A DNA stretch of 64,000 nt from positions 207,700,001 through 207,764,000 of the forward strand of contig OZ024741.1 of NCBI GenBank assembly GCA_964016885.1. Direction: 5' to 3'. Below are positions 1 to 11,400 of the stretch, piece by piece. Below the pieces are notes generated by a model. That model made no database searches, was not told where the DNA came from, and was given only the letters and a program-made list of their open reading frames with translations. Within the stretch, counting starts at the first letter, position 1, and each line of letters begins with the position of its first letter. Made by a program: the position numbers and the translations under genes. Source of the stretch: Eledone cirrhosa (Eukaryota).

Positions 1-30
1 TTACTAGATTTCTATAAGAATATAACATCA

Positions 31-127
31 TTGATCTCAGTAGACAGGCGGGGTAGTTGGCCTTGATAAGCTTGAACAAAAGCGAAACATGTCATGTCGG
101 CTTATCTCCCCTGTTTGCTGAGATCAA
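31..127 (+). ncRNA. Type I hammerhead ribozyme, first copy in window (loop II variant GAACAA)
   Basis: Same architecture as the copy at 651-747: core TTGATAA 63-69, GAAA 84-87, GTC 96-98. Confidence 0.85.
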
Positions 128-650
128 AGTGAGTGAATTTGTCACTACTTTAAAACAATAGCTTACGGTCTTCAAAATGCTTTTAATTAAGCATAAAGTG
201 TATTGCAAAATACATTATATATACATCCATATATGTATTGCTATTTCAGAGCTCCAATTCTAATTTTTAATTTCTGCCTGACCAACAACCGCTCTGCATA
301 ATCAGCTCCTGATTATTTACTAGATTTCTATAAGAATATAACACCATTGATCTCAGTAGACAGGCGGAGTAGTTGGCCTTGATAAGCTTCAACAAAAGCG
401 AAAAATGTCATGTCGGCTTATCTCCCCTGTTTGCTGAGATCAAAGTAAGTGAATATGTCACTACTTTAAAACAATAGCTTACGGTCTTCAAAATGCTTTT
501 AATTAAGCATAAGTGTATTGCAAAATACATCCATATATATATTGCTATTTCAGAGCTCCAATTCTAATTTTTAATTTCTGCCTGACCAACAACCGCTCTG
601 CATAATCAGCTCCTGATTATTTACTAGATTTCTATAAGAATATAACATCA

Positions 651-747
651 TTGATCTCAGTAGACAGGCGGGGTAGTTGGCCTTGATAAGCTTCAACAAA
701 AGCGAAACATGTCATGTCGGCTTATCTCCCCTGTTTGCTGAGATCAA
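651..747 (+). ncRNA. Type I hammerhead ribozyme, representative consensus copy (repeated in essentially every monomer)
   Basis: Stem I TTGATCTCAG-TAGACAGG pairs with CCTGTTTG-CTGAGATCAA using G-U pairs. Proximal stem GCC 680-682/GGC 719-721; core TTGATAA 683-689; stem II GCTT 690-693/AAGC 700-703 with loop CAACAA; GAAA 704-707; stem III ACAT 707-710/ATGT 714-717; C17 at 718, with cleavage predicted after GUC 716-718. Confidence 0.9.
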
Positions 748-1769
748 AGTGAGCGAATTTGTCACTACTTTAAAACAATAGCTTACGGTCTTCAAAATGC
801 TTTTAATTAAGCATAAAGTGTATTGCAAAATACATTATATATACATCCATATATGTATTGCTATTTCAGAGCTCCAATTCTAATTTTTAATTTCTGCCTG
901 ACCAACAACCGCTCTGCATAATCAGCTCCTGATTATTTCCTAGATTTCTATAAGAATATAACATCATTGATCTCAGTAGACAGGCGGGGTAGTTGGCCTT
1001 GATAAGCTTCAACAAAAGCGAAACATGTCATGTCGGCTTATCTCCCTTGTTTGCTGAGATCAAAGTGAGTGAATGTGTCACTACTTTAAAACAATAGCTT
1101 ACGGTCTTCAAAATGCTTTTAATTAAGCATAAGTGTATTGCAAAATACATCCATATATATATTGCTATTTCAGAGCTCCAATTCTAATTTTTAATTTCTG
1201 CCTGACCAACAACCGCTCTGCATAATCAGCTCCTGATTATTTACTAGATTTCTATAAGAATATAACATCATTGATCTCAGTAGATAGGCGGGGTAGTTGG
1301 CCTTGATAAGCTTCAACAAAAGCGAAACATGTCATGTCGGCTTATCTCCCCTGTTTGCTGAGATCAAAGTGAGTGAATTTGTCACTACTTTAAAACAATA
1401 GCTTACGGTCTTCAAAATGCTTTTAATTAAGCATAAAGTGTATTGCAAAATACATTATATATACATCCATATATGTATTGCTATTTCAGAGCTCCAATTC
1501 TAATTTTTAATTTCTGCCTGACCAACAACCGCTCTGCATAATCAGCTCCTGATTATTTACTAGATTTCTATAAGAATATAACATCATTGATCTCAGTAGA
1601 CAGGCGGGGTAGGTGGCCTTGATAAGCTTCAACAAAAGCGAAACATGTCATGTCGGCTTATCTCCCCTGTTTGCTGAGATCAAAGTGAGTGAATTTGTCA
1701 CTACTTTAAAACAATAGCTTACGGTCTTCAAAATGCTTTTAATTAAGCATAACGTGTATTGCAAAATAC

Positions 1770-1952
1770 GGTGAATTGGCAGTATCGGTAGAGGGTCGGA
1801 CGCCATGCTTGACGCATAGATATACGGCCCTTGCCATTCTGAGTTCAAATCCCGCCGAGGTTAACTTTGCCTTTCATCCTTACGGGGGTCGATAAAATAA
1901 AGTACCAGTAATACACTGGGAAATTGCTGGCCTTGTGCCAAAAGTAGAAACA
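1770..1952 (+). mobile_element. tRNA-derived SINE (183 bp) inserted in a satellite monomer, copy 1
   Basis: Monomer lengthened to 499 bp (316+183). A-box-like TGGCAGTATCGG, B-box-like GAGTTCAAATCC, central TTTGCCTTTCATCCTTACGGGGGTCGATAAAATAAAGTACCAG. Homologous to the dispersed copies at 42-44 kb and 62.6 kb. Confidence 0.92.
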
Positions 1953-3204
1953 ATTATATATACATCCATATATGTATTGCTATTTCAGAGCTCCAATTCT
2001 AATTTTTAATTTCTGCCTGACCAACAACCGCTCAGCATAATCAGCTCCTGATTATTTACTAGATTTCTATAAGAATATAACATCATTGATCTCAGTGGAC
2101 AGGCGGGGTAGTTGGCCTTGATAAGCTTCAACAAAAGCGAAACATGTTATGTCGGCTTATCTCCCCTGTTTGCTGAGATCAAAGTGAGTGAATGTGTCAC
2201 TACTTTAAAACAATAGCTTACGGTCTTCAAAATGCTTTTAATTAAGCATAAAGTGTATTGCAAAATACATTATATATACATCCATATATGTATTGCTATT
2301 TCAGAGCTCCAATTCTAATTTTTAATTTCTGCCTGACCAACAACCGCTCTGCATAATCAGCTCCTGATTATTTCCTAGATTTCTATAAGAATATAACATC
2401 ATTGATCTCAGTAGACAGGCGGGGTAGTTGGCCTTGATAAGCTTCAACAAAAGCGAAACATGTCATGTCGGCTTATCTCCCTTGTTTGCTGAGATCAAAG
2501 TGAGTGAATGTGTCACTACTTTAAAACAATAGCTTACGGTCTTCAAAATGCTTTTAATTAAGCATAAGTGTATTGCAAAATACATCCATATATATATTGC
2601 TATTTCAGAGCTCCAATTCTAATTTTTAATTTCTGCCTGACCAACAACCGCTCTGCATAATCAGCTCCTGATTATTTACTAGATTTCTATAAGAATATAA
2701 CATCATTGATCTCAGTAGATAGGCGGGGTAGTTGGCCTTGATAAGCTTCAACAAAAGCGAAACATGTCATGTCGGCTTATCTCCCCTGTTTGCTGAGATC
2801 AAAGTGAGTGAATTTGTCACTACTTTAAAACAATAGCTTACGGTCTTCAAAATGCTTTTAATTAAGCATAAAGTGTATTGCAAAATACATTATATATACA
2901 TCCATATATGTATTGCTATTTCAGAGCTCCAATTCTAATTTTTAATTTCTGCCTGACCAACAACCGCTCTGCATAATCAGCTCCTGATTATTTACTAGAT
3001 TTCTATAAGAATATAACATCATTGATCTCAGTAGACAGGCGGGGTAGGTGGCCTTGATAAGCTTCAACAAAAGCGAAACATGTCATGTCGGCTTATCTCC
3101 CCTGTTTGCTGAGATCAAAGTGAGTGAATTTGTCACTACTTTAAAACAATAGCTTACGGTCTTCAAAATGCTTTTAATTAAGCATAACGTGTATTGCAAA
3201 ATAC

Positions 3205-3387
3205 GGTGAATTGGCAGTATCGGTAGAGGGTCGGACGCCATGCTTGACGCATAGATATACGGCCCTTGCCATTCTGAGTTCAAATCCCGCCGAGGTTAAC
3301 TTTGCCTTTCATCCTTACGGGGGTCGATAAAATAAAGTACCAGTAATACACTGGGAAATTGCTGGCCTTGTGCCAAAAGTAGAAACA
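3205..3387 (+). mobile_element. tRNA-derived SINE in a satellite monomer, copy 2
   Basis: Same sequence and insertion point as 1770-1952, offset 1435 bp. Confidence 0.92.
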
Positions 3388-5259
3388 ATTATATATACAT
3401 CCATATATGTATTGCTATTTCAGAGCTCCAATTCTAATTTTTAATTTCTGCCTGACCAACAACCGCTCAGCATAATCAGCTCCTGATTATTTACTAGATT
3501 TCTATAAGAATATAACATCATTGATCTCAGTGGACAGGCGGGGTAGTTGGCCTTGATAAGCTTCAACAAAAGCGAAACATGTTATGTCGGCTTATCTCCC
3601 CTGTTTGCTGAGATCAAAGTGAGTGAATGTGTCACTACTTTAAAACAATAGCTTACGGTCTTCAAAATGCTTTTAATTAAGCATAAAGTGTATTGCAAAA
3701 TACATTATATATACATCCATATATATATTGCTATTTCAGAGCTCCAATTCTAATTTTTAATTTCTGCCTGACCAACAACCGCTCTGCATAATCAGCTCCT
3801 GATTATTTACTAGATTTCTATAAGAATATAACACCATTGATCTCAGTAGACAGGCGGGGTAGTTGGCCTTGATAAGCTTCAACAAAAGCGAAACATGTCA
3901 TGTCGGCTTATCTCCCCTGTTTGCTGAGATCAAAGTGAGTGAATGTGTCACTACTTTAAAACAATAGCTTACGGTCTTCAAAATGCTTTTAATTAAGCAT
4001 AAGTGTATTGCAAAATACATCCATATATATATTGCTATTTCAGAGCTCCAATTCTAATTTTTAATTTCTGCCTGACCAACAACCGCTCTGCATAATCAGC
4101 TCCTGATTATTTACTAGATTTCTATAAGAATATAACATCATTGATCTCAGTAGACAGGCGGGGTAGTTGGCCTTGATAAGCTTCAACAAAAGCGAAACAT
4201 GTAATGTCGGCTTATCTCCCCTGTTTGCTGAGATCAAAGTGAGCGAATTTGTCACTACTTTAAAACAATAGCTTACGGTCTTCAAAATGCTTTTAATTAA
4301 GCATAAAGTGTATTGCAAAATACATTATATATACATCCATATATGTATTGCTATTTCAGAGCTCCAATTCTAATTTTTAATTTCTGCCTGACCAACAACC
4401 GCTCTGCACAATCAGCTCCTGATTATTTCCTAGATTTCTATAAGAATATAACATCATTGATCTCAGTAGACAGGCGGGGTAGTTGGCCTTGATAAGCTTC
4501 AACAAAAGCGAAACATGTCATGTCGGCTTATCTCCCTTGTTTGCTGAGATCAAAGTGAGTGAATGTGTCACTACTTTAAAACAATAGCTTACGGTCTTCA
4601 AAATGCTTTTAATTAAGCATAAGTGTATTGCAAAATACATCCATATATATATTGCTATTTCAGAGCTCCAATTCTAATTTTTAATTTCTGCCTGACCAAC
4701 AACCGCTCTGCATAATCAGCTCCTGATTATTTACTAGATTTCTATAAGAATATAACATCATTGATCTCAGTAGATAGGCGGGGTAGTTGGCCTTGATAAG
4801 CTTCAACAAAAGCGAAACATGTCATGTCGGCTTATCTCCCCTGTTTGCTGAGATCAAAGTGAGTGAATTTGTCACTACTTTAAAACAATAGCTTACGGTC
4901 TTCAAAATGCTTTTAATTAAGCATAAAGTGTATTGCAAAATACATTATATATACATCCATATATGTATTGCTATTTCAGAGCTCCAATTCTAATTTTTAA
5001 TTTCTGCCTGACCAACAACCGCTCTGCATAATCAGCTCCTGATTATTTACTAGATTTCTATAAGAATATAACATCATTGATCTCAGTAGACAGGCGGGGT
5101 AGGTGGCCTTGATAAGCTTCAACAAAAGCGAAACATGTCATGTCGGCTTATCTCCCCTGTTTGCTGAGATCAAAGTGAGTGAATTTGTCACTACTTTAAA
5201 ACAATAGCTTACGGTCTTCAAAATGCTTTTAATTAAGCATAACGTGTATTGCAAAATAC

Positions 5260-5442
5260 GGTGAATTGGCAGTATCGGTAGAGGGTCGGACGCCATGCTT
5301 GACGCATAGATATACGGCCCTTGCCATTCTGAGTTCAAATCCCGCCGAGGTTAACTTTGCCTTTCATCCTTACGGGGGTCGATAAAATAAAGTACCAGTA
5401 ATACACTGGGAAATTGCTGGCCTTGTGCCAAAAGTAGAAACA
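5260..5442 (+). mobile_element. tRNA-derived SINE in a satellite monomer, copy 3
   Basis: Same sequence and insertion point as 1770-1952, offset 3490 bp. Confidence 0.92.
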
Positions 5443-8400
5443 ATTATATATACATCCATATATGTATTGCTATTTCAGAGCTCCAATTCTAATTTTTAAT
5501 TTCTGCCTGACCAACAACCGCTCAGCATAATCAGCTCCTGATTATTTACTAGATTTCTATAAGAATATAACATCATTGATCTCAGTGGACAGGCGGGGTA
5601 GTTGGCCTTGATAAGCTTCAACAAAAGCGAAACATGTTATGTCGGCTTATCTCCCCTGTTTGCTGAGATCAAAGTGAGTGAATGTGTCACTACTTTAAAA
5701 CAATAGCTTATGGTCTTCAAAATGCTTTTAATTAAGCATAAAGTGTATTGCAAAATACATTATATATACATCCATATATATATTGCTATTTCAGAGCTCC
5801 AATTCTAATTTTTAATTTCTGCCTGACCAACAACCGCTCTGCATAATCAGCTCCTGATTATTTACTAGATTTCTATAAGAATATAACACCATTGATCTCA
5901 GTAGACAGGCGGGGTAGTTGGCCTTGATAAGCTTCAACAAAAGCGAAACATGTCATGTCGGCTTATCTCCCCTGTTTGCTGAGATCAAGGTGAGTGAATG
6001 TGTCACTACTTTAAAACAATAGCTTACGGTCTTCAAAATGCTTTTAATTAAGCATAAGTGTATTGCAAAATACATCCATATATATATTGCTATTTCAGAG
6101 CTCCAATTCTAATTTTTAATTTCTGCCTGACCAACAACCGCTCTGCATAATCAGCTCCTGATTATTTACTAGATTTCTATAAGAATATAACATCATTGAT
6201 CTCAGTAGACAGGCGGGGTAGTTGGCCTTGATAAGCTTCAACGAAAGCGAAACATGTCATGTCGGCTTATCTCCCCTGTTTGCTGAGATCAAAGTGAGTA
6301 AATTTGTCACTACTTTAAAACAATAGCTTACGGTCTTCAAAATGCTTTTAATTAAGCATAAAGTGTATTGCAAAATACATTATATATACATCCATATATG
6401 TATTGCTATTTCAGAGCTCCAATTCTAATTTTTAATTTCTGCCTGACCAACAAACGCTCTGCATAATCAGCTCCTGATTATTTACTAGATTTCTATAAGA
6501 ATATAACACCATTGATCTCAGTAGACAGGCGGGGTAGTTGGCCTTGATAAGCTTCAACAAAAGCGAAACATGTCATGTCGGCTTATCTCCCCTGTTTGCT
6601 GAGATCAAAGTGAGTGAATGTGTCACTACTTTAAAACAATAGCTTACGGTCTTCAAAATGCTTTTAATTAAGCATAAAGTGTATTGCAAAATACATTATA
6701 TATACATCCATATATATATTGCTATTTCAGAGCTCCAATTCTAATTTTTAATTTCTGCCTGACCAACAACCGCTCTGCATAATCAGCTCCTGATTATTTA
6801 CTAGATTTCTATAAGAATATAACACCATTGATCTCAGTAGACAGGCGGGGTAGTTGGCCTTGATAAGCTTCAACAAAAGCGAAACATGTCATGTCGGCTT
6901 ATCTCCCCTGTTTGCTGAGATCAAAGTGAGTGAATGTGTCACTACTTTAAAACAATAGCTTACGGTCTTCAAAATGCTTTTAATTAAGCATAAGTGTATT
7001 GCAAAATACATCCATATATATATTGCTATTTCAGAGCTCCAATTCTAATTTTTAATTTCTGCCTGACCAACAACCGCTCTGCATAATCAGCTCCTGATTA
7101 TTTACTAGATTTCTATAAGAATATAACATCATTGATCTCAGTAGACAGGCGGGGTAGTTGGCCTTGATAAGCTTCAACAAAAGCGAAACATGTCATGTCG
7201 GCTTATCTCCCCTGTTTGCTGAGATCAAAGTGAGTGAATTTGTCACTACTTTAAAACAATAGCTTACGGTCTTCAAAATGCTTTTAATTAAGCATAACGT
7301 GTATTGCAAAATACATTATATATACATCCATATATGTATTGCTATTTCAGAGCTCCAATTCTAATTTTTAATTTCTGCCTGACCAACAACCGCTCTGCAT
7401 AATCAGCTCCTGATTATTTACTAGATTTCTATAAGAATATAACATCATTGATCTCAGTAGACAGGCGGGGTAGTTAGCCTTGATAAGCTTCAACAAAAGC
7501 GAAACATGTCATGTCGGCTTATCTCCCCTGTTTGCTGAGATCAAAGTGAGTGAATGTGTCACTACTTTAAAACAATAGCTTACGGTCTTCAAAATGCTTT
7601 TAATTAAGCATAAAGTGTATTGCAAAATACATTATATATACATCCATATATATATTGCTATTTCAGAGCTCCAATTCTAATTTTTAATTTCTGCCTGACC
7701 AACAACCGCTCTGCATAATCAGCTCCTGATTATTTACTAGATTTCTATAAGAATATAACACCATTGATCTCAGTAGACAGGCGGGGTAGTTGGCCTTGAT
7801 AAGCTTCAACAAAAGCGAAACATGTCATGTCGGCTTATCTCCCCTGTTTGCTGAGATCAAAGTGAGTGAATGTGTCACTACTTTAAAACAATAGCTTTCG
7901 GTCTTCAAAATGCTTTTAATTAAGCATAAGTGTATTGCAAAATACATCCATATATATATTGCTATTTCAGAGCTCCAATTCTAATTTTTAATTTCTGCCT
8001 GACCAACAACCGCTCTGCATAATCAGCTCCTGATTATTTACTAGATTTCTATAAGAATATAACATCATTGATCTCAGTAGACAGGCGGGGTAGTTGGCCT
8101 TGATAAGCTTCAACAAAAGCGAAACATGTCATGTCGGCTTATCTCCCCTGTTTGCTGAGATCAAAGTGAGTGAATGTGTCACTACTTTAAAACAATAGCT
8201 TACGGTCTTCAAAATGCTTTTAATTAAGCATAAAGTGTATTGCAAAATACATTATATATACATCCATATATATATTGCTATTTCAGAGCTCCAATTCTAA
8301 TTTTTAATTTCTGCCTGACCAACAACCGCTCTGCATAATCAGCTCCTGATTATTTACTAGATTTCTATAAGAATATAACATCATTGATCTCAGTAGACAG

Positions 8401-11400
8401 GCGGGGTAGTTGGCCTTGATAAGCTTCAACAAAAGCGAAACATGTCATGTCGGCTTATCTCCCCTGTTTGCTGAGATCAAAGTGAGTGAATGTGTCACTA
8501 CTTTAAAACAATAGCTTACGGTCTTCAAAATGCTTTTAATTAAGCATAAAGTGTATTGCAAAATACATTATATATACATCCATATATATATTGCTATTTC
8601 AGAGCTCCAATTCTAATTTTTAATTTCTGCCTGACCAACAACCGCTCTGCATAATCAGCTCCTGATTATTTACTAGATTTCTATAAGAATATAACATCAT
8701 TGATCTCAGTAGACAGGCGGGGTAGTTGGCCTTGATAAGCTTCAACAAAAGCGAAACATGTCATGTCGGCTTATCTCCCCTGTTTGCTGAGATCAAAGTG
8801 AGTGAATTTGTCACTACTTTAAAACAATAGCTTACGGTCTTCAAAATGCTTTTAATTAAGCATAAAGTGTATTGCAAAATACATTATATATACATCCATA
8901 TATGTATTGCTATTTCAGAGCTCCAATTCTAATTTTTAATTTCTGCCTGACCAACAACCGCTCTGCATAATCAGCTCCTGATTATTTACTAGATTTCTAT
9001 AAGAATATAACATCATTGATCTCAGTAGACAGGCGGGGTAGTTGTCCTTGATAAGCTTCAACAAAAGCGAAACATGTCATGTCGGCTTATCTCCCCTGTT
9101 TGCTGAGATCAAAGTGAGTGAATGTGTCACTACTTTAAAACAATAGCTTACGGTCTTCAAAATGCTTTTAATTAAGCATAAAGTGTATTGCAAAATACAT
9201 TATATATACATCCATATATATATTGCTATTTCAGAGCTCCAATTCTAATTTTTAATTTCTGCCTGACCAACAACCGCTCTGCATAATCAGCTCCTGGTTA
9301 TTTTCTAGATTTCTATAAGAATATAACACCATTGATCTCAGTAGACAGGCGGGGTAGTTGGCCTTGATAAGCTTCAACAAAAGCGAAACATGTTATGTCG
9401 GCTTATCTCCCCTGTTTGCTGAGATCAAAGTGAGTGAATGTGTCACTACTTTAAAACAATAGCTTACGGTCTTCAAAATGCTTTTAATTAAGCATAAGTG
9501 TATTGCAAAATACATCCATATATATATTGCTATTTCAGAGCTCCAATTCTAATTTTTAATTTCTGCCTGACCAACAACCGCTCTGCATAATCAGCTCCTG
9601 ATTATTTACTAGATTTCTATAAGAATATAACATCATTGATCTCAGTAGACAGGCGGGGTAGTTGGCCTTGATAAGCTTCAACAAAAGCGAAACATGTCAT
9701 GTCGGCTTATCTCCCCTGTTTGCTGAGATCAAAGTGAGTGAATTTGTCACTACTTTAAAACAATAGCTTACGGTCTTCAAAATGCTTTTAATTAAGCATA
9801 AAGTGTATTGCAAAATACATTATATATACATCCATATATGTATTGCTATTTCAGAGCTCCAATTCTAATTTTTAATTTCTGCCTGACCAACAACCGCTCT
9901 GCATAATCAGCTCCTGATTATTTACTAGATTTCTATAAGAATATAACATCATTGATCTCAGTAGACAGGCGGGGTAGTTGGCCTTGATAAGCTTGAACAA
10001 AAGCGAAACATGTCATGTCGGCTTATCTCCCCTGTTTGCTGAGATCAAAATGAGTGAATGTTTCACTACTTTAAAACAATAGCTTACGGTCTTCAAAATG
10101 CTTTTAATTAAGCATAAAGTGTATTGCAAAATACATTATATATACATCCATATATATATTGCTATTTCAGAGCTCCAATTCTAATTTTTAATTTCTGCCT
10201 GACCAACTCTGCATAATCAGCTCCTGATTATTTACTAGATTTCTATAAGAATATAACACCATTGATCTCAGTAGACAGGCGGGGTAGTTGGCCTTGATAA
10301 GCTTCAACAAAAGCGAAACATGTGATGTCGGCTTATCTCCCCTGTTTGCTGAGATCAAAGTGAGTGAATGTGTCACTACTTTAAAACAATAGCTTACGGT
10401 CTTCAAAATGCTTTTAATTAAGCATAAGTGTATTGCAAAATACATCCATATATATATTGTTATTTCAGAGCTCCAATTCTAATTTTTAATTTCTGCCTGA
10501 CCAACAACCGCTCTGCATAATCAGCTCCTGATTATTTACTAGATTTCTATAAGAATATAACATCATTGATCTCAGTAGACAGGCGGGGTAGTTGGCCTTG
10601 ATAAGCTTCAACAAAAGCGAAACATGTCATGTCGGCTTATCTCCCCTGTTTGCTGAGATCAAAGTGAGTGAATTTGTCACTACTTTAAAACAATAGCTTA
10701 CGGTCTTCAAAATGCTTTTAATTAAGCATAAAGTGTATTGCAAAATACATTATATATACATCCATATATGTATTGCTATTTCAGAGCTCCAATTCTAATT
10801 TTTAATTTCTGCCTGACCAACAACCGCTCTGCATAATCAGCTCCTGATTATTTACTAGATTTCTATAAGAATATAACACCATTGATCTCAGTAGACAGGC
10901 GGGGTAGTTGGCCTTTATAAGCTTCAACAAAAGCGAAACATGTCATGTCGGCTTATCTCCCCTGTTTGCTGAGATCAAAGTAAGTGAATATGTCACTACT
11001 TTAAAACAATAGCTTACGGTCTTCAAAATGCTTTTAATTAAGCATAAGTGTATTGCAAAATACATCCATATATATATTGCTATTTCAGAGCTCCAATTCT
11101 AATTTTTAATTTCTGCCTGACCAACAACCGCTCTGCATAATCAGCTCCTGATTATTTACTAGATTTCTATAAGAATATAACATCATTGATCTCAGTAGAC
11201 AGGCGGGGTAGTTGGCCTTGATAAGCTTCAACAAAAGCGAAACATGTCATGTCGGCTTATCTCCCCTGTTTGCTGAGATCAAAGTGAGTGAATTTGTCAC
11301 TACTTTAAAACAATAGCTTACGGTCTTCAAAATGCTTTTAATTAAGCATAAAGTGTATTGCAAAATACATTATATATACATCCATATATGTATTGCTATT

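Noticed and set aside
651-747. Pre-miRNA interpretation of the 97-nt hairpin
   Set aside because: The apical part matches all hammerhead core positions and helices, which explains it better. Small-RNA production is not excluded.
1770-1860. tRNA gene
   Set aside because: A and B boxes are present but there is no cloverleaf. It is the head of a dispersed SINE.
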